Below, one piece after another: positions 29,238 to 38,222 of a DNA stretch of 64,000 nucleotides. This DNA comes from Escherichia phage KarlSchell_Bas89. Location of the stretch: sequence record PQ850613.1; one strand, 5' to 3'. Within the stretch, counting starts at the first letter, position 1. Each line of letters opens with the position of its first letter. The translations under genes and the position numbers were made by a program. The notes beneath the pieces were generated by a model. That model was not told where the DNA came from. It ran no database searches and saw only the letters and a list, made by a program, of their open reading frames with translations.

Positions 29238-29246
29238 TATACATTA
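29238..29246 (-). promoter_or_regulatory. TAATGTATA promoter-like element (minus strand)
   Basis: Exact 9-mer on minus strand 37 nt upstream of 29201 start. Confidence 0.45.
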
Positions 29247-29259
29247 TGAGAGGGTAGCT

Positions 29260-30000
29260 TTAGTTGCCACCCTTCTCCATAGCTTTAACGATTGCTTTAC
29301 AGAAACCAGAACGAACAATGTCATCCGAGTCGCCATCAACAATATCAGCGAACTCGTACAGATCATGCTCATCAATGAACTCGGTAGCCCAAGTAAGACC
29401 ACTCTCCCGACCTTTCATATCGTGCTGGTTAGTGTCACCCATGCAGAACAGCTGGGATGTTTCACCCAAGCGGGTCATGATAGAGAATGCTTCATCTTTG
29501 GTTGTATTCTGGAACTCATCCACAATAACAATGGCATCATTGAAAGAGCGACCACGGAGGTATTCCAGAGGCACAAACTCAATATTCCCATTACCAAGCT
29601 GGCATTCATAAAAACCTTTACCATATCGCTGAGTAATCACATCAACAATAGGCATCAGGTATGGTTCGAACTTATCACGAAGCCCACCCGGAAGTAACCC
29701 AAGAGAATTACCCATGCCAACAGAGGGTCGGCTAATGATAATCTTTTGAATCTTACCACTCTTCAGTGCATCAATGACAGTAGAGGTGATGACGAATGTC
29801 TTACCACAGCCCGCAGGAGCGTCTGTGAACACCACTTGTTTAGTCTTGATAGCATTGAGTAGCTCAGATTGAAACTGATTCTGAGGGACCACTGGCTTCG
29901 CTAAAACAACCTCTTCATACTCACGCTTACCTTTCTTGGTGACTAAGGCTTCACGACGTAAATCTTTACGAGATTCTCTACGGGACTGTCTACGGCTCAT
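29260..30000 (-). CDS. phoH: PhoH-like ATPase
   Basis: Walker A DAPAGCGKTF and PhoH-like length/architecture. Confidence 0.8.
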   Translation of the reverse strand: MSRRQSRRESRKDLRREALVTKKGKREYEEVVLAKPVVPQNQFQSELLNAIKTKQVVFTDAPAGCGKTFVITSTVIDALKSGKIQKIIISRPSVGMGNSLGLLPGGLRDKFEPYLMPIVDVITQRYGKGFYECQLGNGNIEFVPLEYLRGRSFNDAIVIVDEFQNTTKDEAFSIMTRLGETSQLFCMGDTNQHDMKGRESGLTWATEFIDEHDLYEFADIVDGDSDDIVRSGFCKAIVKAMEKGGN

Positions 30001-30182
30001 TTGCGCTCTCCTAGCTCTTCGTAATTAAATACAGAGGTTCGACAATCTTTACATATTGTTGTATAGACTCGAACATTAATGAACTTCTTGTTCTTCCCTT
30101 TGGTGGGTGAGCCTTTAGCAAGCTCACTGATAACTTTAGAACTTAAGTTTAGGTTTGTGCCTTCACATTTAGAGCACTTCAC
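29997..30182 (-). CDS. small zinc-ribbon protein
   Basis: CSKCEG ... CKDCR cysteine pairs. Confidence 0.35.
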   Translation of the reverse strand: MKCSKCEGTNLNLSSKVISELAKGSPTKGKNKKFINVRVYTTICKDCRTSVFNYEELGERK

Positions 30183-30345
30183 TCAGGCTCACCAACAGTA
30201 ACTTCCAAAACAACTTGAGAGATGATGTTGTTGATCTGTTTGATTTGCTCATAAGTCAGTTGCATACCTTTCATTTTCCGAGGGGCATTACTTCGTGCTC
30301 TTCGCTGACGATAAAAATTGTTCTTTTTGACAGAGTGTAAGCTAC

Positions 30346-30576
30346 TCATTTTAAATCCACCAACTCAAGATTCCACCAAACATCTTCCATTCTCGGCGAA
30401 CGCCCACCGAATGAGTCGTCGCAGTTCTTGTTGTTTAGGGTGTAATCGATAGAGTAACAAGGCACACCTTCATCTTCTAGCTGCTTTCGAGTCGGTTTAT
30501 CTTGGAACACAGCTTCGAAGTATGAACCATCTTGATCATATTCATTTATTTCACGAGTTAGAACCCATACTTTCAT
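30346..30576 (-). CDS. hypothetical protein
   Basis: ORF only. Confidence 0.3.
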   Translation of the reverse strand: MKVWVLTREINEYDQDGSYFEAVFQDKPTRKQLEDEGVPCYSIDYTLNNKNCDDSFGGRSPRMEDVWWNLELVDLK

Positions 30577-30794
30577 TTCACAACCTTAAACTTAAATGTT
30601 GTTGGGTGGTAGTAGTGTAACCTGTTTATTGTGTGCTTAGTCTCATGATACAGAACACAAGAGTGGCACATTGAATGGTGCAAACAGGTTACTGGATTAC
30701 GTTTGAAATTGGCAATAAGCTTCCGCTTGTTACAGAAGCTACATGTTTTGTGTAAGTCCATTAACTCTCCAGAGTTTTCCTTAGAGCTGACCAA
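30573..30794 (-). CDS. Cys/His-rich small protein
   Basis: CSFC ... CLHHSMCHSC. Confidence 0.35.
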   Translation of the reverse strand: MVSSKENSGELMDLHKTCSFCNKRKLIANFKRNPVTCLHHSMCHSCVLYHETKHTINRLHYYHPTTFKFKVVK

Positions 30795-31417
30795 GAAATT
30801 GGGTAGAGTTTAGCCATCTCTTCATCTAATGACTGAGCAAACAGTCGAACTTCATACTGAGCATGGGATGATAGTCGTTGACGACACAATTCAAACCAGC
30901 CATACAAGCTACCAGTCCAGACCCACTCAGTAATCATTCCCTGAGGAAGAACAAAGCGAGCTTGCTCTGGTGCAATAAATTCAATTAGCTTATCATACGC
31001 TGCCAGTGAAGCTTCGTATGCATTATTGATCAGCATTAATGCTTCGGCTCGTTCTCCGTTGACAAGCTGTGTCCCTGAACCTGCATGGAGGTCCGAAGGT
31101 CTCGCAAAAATCTCTTTAGGGATGAAGACTTCAACTGCTCCATCTTTATACCGCCGGGACATTTCGTTCCACGAGAACCCAATTTGGTGTTTTCCAAGCT
31201 GTCTCGCAATTGCGATAGGTGCTTTGCATCGGAAACTGACTTGTGGGTGTCGGAATGGCGTAACATGCTTCTCTCTTGCGAGAAAGTTGATGAGACGTTC
31301 ATCGCGATCATTTAAATCACCTTCGCGGGTTACGCCAAAGGAAACTCGAGCTGCGTTTACTACGCTACGATCACTTCCCATAGCTTCGATTAATGTTGCT
31401 TGTAATTGTTCATTCAT
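30761..31417 (-). CDS. thyX: flavin-dependent thymidylate synthase ThyX-like
   Basis: KAPIAIARQ ... SWNEMSRRY and LSSHAQYE match ThyX signature regions as recalled; canonical RHR appears as KHQ. Confidence 0.75.
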   Translation of the reverse strand: MNEQLQATLIEAMGSDRSVVNAARVSFGVTREGDLNDRDERLINFLAREKHVTPFRHPQVSFRCKAPIAIARQLGKHQIGFSWNEMSRRYKDGAVEVFIPKEIFARPSDLHAGSGTQLVNGERAEALMLINNAYEASLAAYDKLIEFIAPEQARFVLPQGMITEWVWTGSLYGWFELCRQRLSSHAQYEVRLFAQSLDEEMAKLYPISWSALRKTLES

Positions 31418-31436
31418 CCGTGAATTTCCTTATTTC

Positions 31437-31712
31437 TTATTTAATATCCAAAGCTGTTACTAAGAAAGCTTTCAGGTTTGCTTCAGTCTGCATACCAGAT
31501 AAGCTATAATGTGCTCCGCTGTTACGATTAGGCACAATGAAAGCAGGAATGCTTCGTACACCGTACTCGATAGCTCGCTCACGACCGTTGCCTTCGAGGA
31601 TATTAACCTCTTCAACTTCTAGGTTAAGCTCTTCAGCTAATTTGTTGAGGGTAGGAGCCATTGCTTTGCAAGGGGCACATTGATTACTATAAAACTTAAT
31701 AATTTTGTTCAT
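31437..31712 (-). CDS. thioredoxin/glutaredoxin-like protein
   Basis: CAPC active-site-like motif near N-terminus, about 90 aa. Confidence 0.55.
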   Translation of the reverse strand: MNKIIKFYSNQCAPCKAMAPTLNKLAEELNLEVEEVNILEGNGRERAIEYGVRSIPAFIVPNRNSGAHYSLSGMQTEANLKAFLVTALDIK

Positions 31713-31719
31713 AAAAACC

Positions 31720-31974
31720 TTAAGCAGTGATCAGGTGGAGGGTAAATGGGATGACCACAGAGATAATAACCCAAGCAACAGATGCGATTTGGATTTCATT
31801 CTTCTTGTCCGGTGTCTCTTCAATAAGTTTCTTGCTGCCATAATAAACACCGCCGCCAATGAGAAGTGCCCAAATACTCCAAATGGTTGCTGATAACATA
31901 TTCAATTCCTTATAAACAAGTTCGCCCCACCTCGGATTAGGAGACAGGGCGGAGGTTTTAGTATGAGACGTCAC
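31720..31974 (-). CDS. small membrane protein (two predicted TM helices; holin-like)
   Basis: Hydrophobic segments IWSIWALLIGGGVYY and VAWVIISVVIPFTLHLI. Confidence 0.3.
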   Translation of the reverse strand: MTSHTKTSALSPNPRWGELVYKELNMLSATIWSIWALLIGGGVYYGSKKLIEETPDKKNEIQIASVAWVIISVVIPFTLHLITA

Positions 31975-32545
31975 TGGAGTGTGACATGTTACTTTTAACG
32001 AAGTAGCAATACTTGCCTAACCCTTCGTTGATTTCTTGGAGCATGCTCTGGTCAACTGGATACTCGCTCAAACATCCATCGAACTCATCCATTTTGTCAA
32101 TCATGCACATTAAAGACATGCACATATCAGAGAGCATACCATCCATATCTAGGTCTGCATTTCCTTCAGAGAACCAAGAGTGTGACAAGTAGTTAGAAGC
32201 AGTTGCATCCACCTTAATACAGTGGAAACGCATACGTTCAGCTATCCGATCACCTGTCTCACGAGCATAATCTTCCAGCTCATCAAACATTCCATGAACA
32301 CCCTGAAACCCTGCACCAGATACGTTCCAGTGATAATTCTTAGCTTTGATATGCAAGAGTTCTAAGTTAGCTTGAATACCGCATAGAATGTGTTCTAGGC
32401 TGTTTCCACTAATCATCCCTTGCATACGCTCTAAACGGGAGATAGAAGAGTCTGTTTCACGTAATACATCACGGAAAGAAGTCTCTTTTGTTAGAGTTGG
32501 TAAGTCGAAAACATTGTGATTAGACATTAGGATTTTCTCCATCAA
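31958..32545 (-). CDS. Dps/ferritin-like protein
   Basis: KNYHWNVSGAGFQGVHGMFDELEDYARETGDRIAERM resembles the Dps signature region. Confidence 0.5.
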   Translation of the reverse strand: MMEKILMSNHNVFDLPTLTKETSFRDVLRETDSSISRLERMQGMISGNSLEHILCGIQANLELLHIKAKNYHWNVSGAGFQGVHGMFDELEDYARETGDRIAERMRFHCIKVDATASNYLSHSWFSEGNADLDMDGMLSDMCMSLMCMIDKMDEFDGCLSEYPVDQSMLQEINEGLGKYCYFVKSNMSHSSDVSY

Positions 32546-32849
32546 GTTCTACTGAGTTCGCAACATTGCGTTCCAGATTTGAGATTACCTGTTGGGTGAT
32601 AACGATGCAGTTCTGTGGGTCAACTGACTTAGAACGTCCCATCTCAGGGTCATACACCTTAACACGTTTTGCTGTAGAACCAGTTACCTGTAACACCTTG
32701 AGAAGATAACCCTGATTCCCGATAGACCATGCAACAACATCACGATTCTTGATGAATCGACCAAGCATATCACGATGGTAGAACTGCTGCATAACCTTTG
32801 ATTTATTAATCTCTTCGGCTGGCGGAGCCACTTTACTCAAATCTAACAT
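32520..32849 (-). CDS. hypothetical protein
   Basis: ORF; TATACATTT (one-mismatch promoter-like 9-mer on minus) about 40 nt upstream. Confidence 0.35.
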   Translation of the reverse strand: MLDLSKVAPPAEEINKSKVMQQFYHRDMLGRFIKNRDVVAWSIGNQGYLLKVLQVTGSTAKRVKVYDPEMGRSKSVDPQNCIVITQQVISNLERNVANSVELDGENPNV

Positions 32850-32921
32850 TTCACTCTCTCCTGTTTAATACAATATTCTTATACTGTATATACATTTGAG
32901 AGTGATCATATCTACTACCAA

Positions 32922-33134
32922 TTAGTAGTAAACATATCCAGAGATATATGAGCCTTTATCCCCACTAAACTCAAACCATCGATGCATGTCAGCACGTTTA
33001 ACCGTACCGACTAGAGCTTTCATATTCTTCTTAGCAATACGAGCCTCTTTACGAGTGTTAAACAGTTTGATATTATCTTTACCTAGATGGTGTCCATCTT
33101 CCCAAACAACACGAACAGCCCACATCTTTTTCAT
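32922..33134 (-). CDS. small basic protein, member of tandem paralog trio
   Basis: MKKMWAVRVVWEDG ... YISGYVYY shared pattern with two neighbours. Confidence 0.45.
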   Translation of the reverse strand: MKKMWAVRVVWEDGHHLGKDNIKLFNTRKEARIAKKNMKALVGTVKRADMHRWFEFSGDKGSYISGYVYY

Positions 33135-33349
33135 TAGTAATGCACCTTTCCGCTGATATAAATACGGCCTGAGGTATACTCATAGCCCTTGAGAATCTTG
33201 ACAGAGGTAAGATATCCAGTGTGTAATTCACTGAACGATTTCTTAAGCCTACGTGCGCCTTCTCGTGTTTTCTGGTAGGTCATGGTCACACCCCCACTTG
33301 TCCACTCTGTTCTAACTAACCAAACTCTTTTCATAAGACCTGCTCTCAT
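33134..33349 (-). CDS. small basic protein, member of tandem paralog trio
   Basis: MKRVWLVRTEW ... IYISGKVHY. Confidence 0.45.
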   Translation of the reverse strand: MRAGLMKRVWLVRTEWTSGGVTMTYQKTREGARRLKKSFSELHTGYLTSVKILKGYEYTSGRIYISGKVHY

Positions 33350-33546
33350 TAGTAGTACACCTTGCTGCCAGCCATGAAAGCCCCTGTCGAGCTTATAATA
33401 ACCTTACTGATAGTAACTTTCTTATGCCGGAAGTATGTCTTCCAGCCCTTTTTACAGATTCGAGCTTCTTGTCGAGTCTTACAAAAGTCAGCCAAAGACA
33501 GCTCTTGGGTTTTGTTATCATAAACACGAACACACCACTTTTTCAT
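33349..33546 (-). CDS. small basic protein, member of tandem paralog trio
   Basis: MKKWCVRVYDNKT ... GSKVYY. Confidence 0.45.
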   Translation of the reverse strand: MKKWCVRVYDNKTQELSLADFCKTRQEARICKKGWKTYFRHKKVTISKVIISSTGAFMAGSKVYY

Positions 33547-34071
33547 TTATCTTTCATCCACATTAAAGGAGAGATGGAGTCTGCTTCTCATAGACTTAGC
33601 TAAAAGTTTTGCCTCTTCGAGAGTTTTCACTCCATATACAGACTCACGTTTACCATCTTTTTGAACAGAGACACAGAACGTCCCACCTTTCTCTTGGTAG
33701 ACATTCTTAATCCCTAGCTTGTTATCAACTCTGGTCTTAGCATTCTGACTATTTTCAGAGTGAGAACACTTTCTCAGGTTAATTTCTTCTAGATTCCCTC
33801 TGTTACCATCAGCGTGATCTATTTGATATTCATCCGATAAATCCTCACCAGTATAAAGAACAAAAAGAATCCTATGATTATGGACACGAACTCCTCCTAA
33901 GGGAATTTGGTAATATCCATCTTTTGTGAGTTTTCCAGCAGGTTTCCCTGCTATATCATTAGCAAATTTACTAGGCTTCCTTTTCCAAGAAAGCCCTGAC
34001 GGGGATGACATGTCTATGTTAAAAAGATCAAACACTTCATCATAGCATATCAGCATGGTTTGTTCCACCAA
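33547..34071 (-). CDS. HNH homing endonuclease with AP2-like domain
   Basis: YQIDHADGNRGNLEEINLRKCSHSENSQN. Confidence 0.75.
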   Translation of the reverse strand: MVEQTMLICYDEVFDLFNIDMSSPSGLSWKRKPSKFANDIAGKPAGKLTKDGYYQIPLGGVRVHNHRILFVLYTGEDLSDEYQIDHADGNRGNLEEINLRKCSHSENSQNAKTRVDNKLGIKNVYQEKGGTFCVSVQKDGKRESVYGVKTLEEAKLLAKSMRSRLHLSFNVDER

Positions 34072-34594
34072 AAGCTTTTGTTGGCCCTTGTTGGTTATTG
34101 TATGAACCTTTAGTTGCGTAACTATCTTCTTCAGAGGAGGAGTGTTTAAAGAACTCCATTTGACCGATACGCATTCCCGGCTTAATTAGCAAAGAGTGAT
34201 GCTGTAGGACGTTCTTGAATTCCATAGTAAGTTGGCTCCCATGCCACCCACCGTCAGCATGACCAGCGTGCATGTGCTCTAAGAAGCAACGACCAACAGT
34301 GGACCGTAACATGAAGTCACAACTAATATTATCTGGCAGGTTGAATGTCTCCACTGTATGAGCCAAGAAGCACTCACCCGGTTTGATAACTAAACCTTCT
34401 TCTGGAATCATAACCTCGTTGAAGTTAGGAGACTCTTTAGCGGAGATATCAACAACCCCATTAGCTGCTCCTTCCATCAGAACACGGTCTCCAATACGAA
34501 CATCAATACTGGAGGAGTTAACAGCTGAGTGAGGTGCATCAATAACACCATCATCGATTAGTTTATGTAATTCCGGACTTCCTAATAAACTCAT
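34040..34594 (-). CDS. dcd: dCTP deaminase-like (dUTPase superfamily)
   Basis: N-terminus and length resemble Dcd; beta-rich, Gly-rich loops. Confidence 0.6.
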   Translation of the reverse strand: MSLLGSPELHKLIDDGVIDAPHSAVNSSSIDVRIGDRVLMEGAANGVVDISAKESPNFNEVMIPEEGLVIKPGECFLAHTVETFNLPDNISCDFMLRSTVGRCFLEHMHAGHADGGWHGSQLTMEFKNVLQHHSLLIKPGMRIGQMEFFKHSSSEEDSYATKGSYNNQQGPTKAFGGTNHADML

Positions 34595-34608
34595 TCTTAT
34601 TCCTTGTA

Positions 34609-35889
34609 TTAATCTGCGATACTATCGCTTTCATCAACCCAGACTGTACCATTAACCTGTCTTAGACGACGAGCTGACGCTTCGTTAATAGAGTTAACCC
34701 CTGCTGTGCGAGGGTTTGTGTACCAAGGTCGAGCTATGGTGCCCTCTCGAATCACTTGGTTCGTTTCGACATGCCATCTGTTTGATACCATGTTGGCTTC
34801 AAAGTTACCACCCGCTCCACCACTGATAGGCACAGCTTGAGCTGGTTGGTTTACTCGGTTAGTTCCTGCCCCAAAGGATGCTGCAAATTCAGACATACGT
34901 GCATCAAATGCAGAACGAACACGCTGAGTAGGTGATATATCATTTCGTGTATCTACTGCACGAGGCATAGCCCAAGTATCATCTGTTGAGATATCAGGGG
35001 TAGGCTCTTGCTCTAGAGGTTGAAGATTAGCTGTCCATTGACTGTTCAGTATACGATAGAAATCTGCACCATAACCACTTCGGATAACATCTTCTCTGAT
35101 ACCAAAAAAGCGACTAATATCTCCACCGATTCGGGCCAACTTATCGTTGTATGTAGATACAGATACCCCACTTTCTGTTACTAAGTCAGAAACACGACTT
35201 GTTGTAAGTGGTGAGTTATTCCAACAATAATAGTCAGTAATGTGGCCGTCATACCCAAAGTATGCAACCTCTGCATCAGGCCATTTCTTGTGGACATATG
35301 CCACTTCGCGAGTAGAACAAACAGGGATTGCGCCTGTTTCAGTCATTGCATAGAAGCCGTCAGAAGAGAACCAAAGTGAGTCTAGTGCTAAGAATCCACG
35401 ACACACACTTGGGAAAGTAGCAGCCAGCGCCCCAAGTGAGGTGGGTTCGTTGAACATTAACTGAACCTTTGCACCCTGATAATCAATCTCTAGGATATCT
35501 ACAAAATTCAAAGAAGACCCAGGGGCATATTGACTATTACTTCGTCCAATATCCTGCTCAACAAGAAGAGATCTTGTTTCAACACCATGAGCCTCTGCCC
35601 ACTCTTTGAAATCTTCAAGGAACAAGCGAGCCTTAGCTCGCCACATCGACCGATCAGTTACGGATTGTCTCGGCAATCCGCCCTCTGTAGTGATGAGGAA
35701 GATATCAATGTCATGGGGCTCACGCGTCTGGAAGATTGCATCCCTAACAGCACCACCTGCAATGATAGGGTACACACCATCAGGGATTAAACGGTTTGCA
35801 ATCAACTCGTTAATTAACGTAAGACCAGACATAAGCTGCGGACTGTCATCAATCCGACGACGAATTAGTGCATTAGGGATATTATACAT
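34609..35889 (-). CDS. nucleotidyltransferase with Pol-beta/CCA-adding-type head motif
   Basis: IIAGGAVRDAIFQTREPHDIDIF matches GGxVRD...DxD; start ATG directly abuts the stop of the exonuclease gene. Confidence 0.45.
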   Translation of the reverse strand: MYNIPNALIRRRIDDSPQLMSGLTLINELIANRLIPDGVYPIIAGGAVRDAIFQTREPHDIDIFLITTEGGLPRQSVTDRSMWRAKARLFLEDFKEWAEAHGVETRSLLVEQDIGRSNSQYAPGSSLNFVDILEIDYQGAKVQLMFNEPTSLGALAATFPSVCRGFLALDSLWFSSDGFYAMTETGAIPVCSTREVAYVHKKWPDAEVAYFGYDGHITDYYCWNNSPLTTSRVSDLVTESGVSVSTYNDKLARIGGDISRFFGIREDVIRSGYGADFYRILNSQWTANLQPLEQEPTPDISTDDTWAMPRAVDTRNDISPTQRVRSAFDARMSEFAASFGAGTNRVNQPAQAVPISGGAGGNFEANMVSNRWHVETNQVIREGTIARPWYTNPRTAGVNSINEASARRLRQVNGTVWVDESDSIAD

Positions 35890-36438
35890 TTACATTTTCC
35901 AATATAAAGATGGGGGGTCATTTGGGTCAAAGTTTGCAATATGACAAAGATATTTATAAACCTTAACCGTTAAGTTTACATCCTGTTCACAATAAGTAAA
36001 CATGTCCTCTGTAAAGGCATCCCATGCTTCTTCCTGTTCACCGTAATCACCCTTAAGCTCTTCTAAGAACTCACCCCATTGCTTTAAGCCATGACCTCTT
36101 GGGCCATGTCTAGGGTCGCCTTTCGGATACTCAGGACTGTCACCAATACGGTCAGGTTTAAGATACCGACTCAGACATAAAGTGTCTAGGACGTTGAATT
36201 TGTAATCAATCAAATCAGGGTACATCTTCTTCAGAGCACATAAGTCGAAGTCAATAACGTTATGACCTACAACAACATCAGCCTCTGTAAGTTTCTTGAT
36301 ACCCTCTTCAATCTGGTGAGGACGAAATCCCCACCGTTCACCAGTTGCTATATCAAAGATAAAGATACACCATACGTTTGTGATATCGTCGTACAGTGCA
36401 TCACTCTCAATATCAAATGCGTAGACTTTCTTTACCAC
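35890..36438 (-). CDS. DNA polymerase 3'-5' exonuclease domain protein (T7 gp5 N-terminal-domain-like), separate gene
   Basis: [11 protein letters not shown] (Exo I), [14 protein letters not shown] (Exo II), YCEQDVNLT (Exo III) align with the T7 gp5 N-terminus as recalled. Confidence 0.75.
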   Translation of the reverse strand: MVKKVYAFDIESDALYDDITNVWCIFIFDIATGERWGFRPHQIEEGIKKLTEADVVVGHNVIDFDLCALKKMYPDLIDYKFNVLDTLCLSRYLKPDRIGDSPEYPKGDPRHGPRGHGLKQWGEFLEELKGDYGEQEEAWDAFTEDMFTYCEQDVNLTVKVYKYLCHIANFDPNDPPSLYWKM

Positions 36439-38222
36439 GGGCTTTTCTCTCCATCTTGAGCAAGAAGTGATGCTGCATCCTCTCCATTTGTCAGCGAGAA
36501 TGGATTTTCTTCATCAATTTCATGTTCTTCACGCTCAAGCAGTCGTCCCGTCTCTCCTACATATTTCGTATAGCACACCCCTGTTTGTCCATAGTTACGC
36601 TCTTTGAGGAGTCGTATAATGGAGAGGTTCTTAGCCAGACCATCTGCTTGTTTGTCACGTTCAAAACCGATGATACATTGACACCAACGCATAAGAGAAC
36701 GAGAGCCAGTAAACTGTACCTCTCGAACCTGACCACCTTCTTCATGAGGTGCACCACCTGCCGGAGCATTGAGGTGAGATAATACGAATGCTGTGAAGTT
36801 TAATTCTTGACACATACCAGCAAGCTCGGAAGCAATCTTACTGATTTCAGTGTTAATCTCTGAAGGTGTTAAATGAGACACCAGAGCGGTAATATTATCA
36901 AGGATGATAAACTTACACTGGTTTTCAACAACCCAGAAACGGATACACTGTTTAATGTCGGCCCATTCATTCTGACCAAAGTTATCATAGAGGAAGAATT
37001 TATCTGCATATCGAAGAGCTTCGTTACGCAATGTATCTTCATCATACTCAACATCAGGTCTGTGGAAAGGGATAGATGCTGACTTACCTGCAATGTTCTT
37101 AACGGACATTCCGACCTTCTCTTCCAAGAAGAATCCACCACCATTAAAACCATGCTCAAGACAAAGCCAAGCAACCAGTTCATGTGCAATCAGTGTTTTA
37201 CCAGAGCCTACACCGCCACCAATTGCTACCATCTCTCCCCAACGAATACCGTAGGTCATCTCATTAAGAGTCTTCCACGGATATGGGATACCCCACTCTG
37301 CTTTCTTCAGAGCATCATCTAAGCAATCAAAAACAGTTACAGCACCAGCTGGAGATTCACGCTTCGCTGAATATTTAAGAATGTTAAACAACTCCTGACC
37401 ACGACCAGAGAGAAGCATATCATTCGCATCTTTAAGTTCTTTCTCAACACCATTGTACTGGAAAGAACCTTTAGGAATACGAGCAAACTTCACATGTGGG
37501 AACAGAGCACGCCCTTTGGTAAGAGCAATCTCACCAGCATCATCGTTGTCCATACAGAGGACAACCTCTTCAAAACCATTCAAGAACTCACGGTTGCGAG
37601 ATAGAACGGAAGAGATTGACCCTGCACCGAATGGTAAAGAGACACACGCTGGTTTAATGTTTGTTGCATTTGTAAAAGCTGTAAGAACGTGGAAGCCAGA
37701 CATACAAGACAAGGGGTCTTCAAAGATGAAGAGCTTCTTATTGTACACATCTCCACGTTTAGCCTGTGCCATACCAAACAAATCAGCTTCTTTCACACTA
37801 CCGATGTAATAAAACTTTTTACTATCGAGCAGTTTAACCTCATAACCGACAATGTTTCCATCACGTTCACGAGGGAAGAAGTAACTATCCGGTGTCTGAC
37901 CATCAGTTTGACTGAGACCTATACGACACTCAAAACGCTCTGATACAGCTTTAGGGATTAATCGACGAGTGAGTTCTCCTTGAGGTAACTCCAAGCAATC
38001 ATCCAAGACTTCTCGAAGTTCTTCAGGGGACAGCTCTTTCTTTTCATTTGGTGTAGGTGTCGTGCCTTTCTCAAAGACTTCGTAATTACCACACCGGTTG
38101 CAACTTCCAAAAGTTTCTTCAGTTTCTTCGTTATGAAACAGAATCATATGATTGCCGGTCTTGTCCCTACCATGTGACTGGCATTCTTTACAAGCGCAAT
38201 CTCCAATAATCTTTTTAGACAT
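36432..38222 (-). CDS. DNA primase/helicase (T7 gp4-like)
   Basis: Zinc ribbon CACKEC...[23 protein letters not shown], Walker [20 protein letters not shown]; start at internal Met 38222 with GGAG upstream. Confidence 0.85.
   Translation of the reverse strand: MSKKIIGDCACKECQSHGRDKTGNHMILFHNEETEETFGSCNRCGNYEVFEKGTTPTPNEKKELSPEELREVLDDCLELPQGELTRRLIPKAVSERFECRIGLSQTDGQTPDSYFFPRERDGNIVGYEVKLLDSKKFYYIGSVKEADLFGMAQAKRGDVYNKKLFIFEDPLSCMSGFHVLTAFTNATNIKPACVSLPFGAGSISSVLSRNREFLNGFEEVVLCMDNDDAGEIALTKGRALFPHVKFARIPKGSFQYNGVEKELKDANDMLLSGRGQELFNILKYSAKRESPAGAVTVFDCLDDALKKAEWGIPYPWKTLNEMTYGIRWGEMVAIGGGVGSGKTLIAHELVAWLCLEHGFNGGGFFLEEKVGMSVKNIAGKSASIPFHRPDVEYDEDTLRNEALRYADKFFLYDNFGQNEWADIKQCIRFWVVENQCKFIILDNITALVSHLTPSEINTEISKIASELAGMCQELNFTAFVLSHLNAPAGGAPHEEGGQVREVQFTGSRSLMRWCQCIIGFERDKQADGLAKNLSIIRLLKERNYGQTGVCYTKYVGETGRLLEREEHEIDEENPFSLTNGEDAASLLAQDGEKSPW

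Noticed and set aside
34609-35889. 426-aa ORF as the thumb or middle part of the DNA polymerase
   Set aside because: No similarity to the T7 gp5 region between exonuclease and polymerase domains as recalled; it carries a nucleotidyltransferase head motif instead, and the 26333-27694 ORF already covers the thumb-equivalent region.
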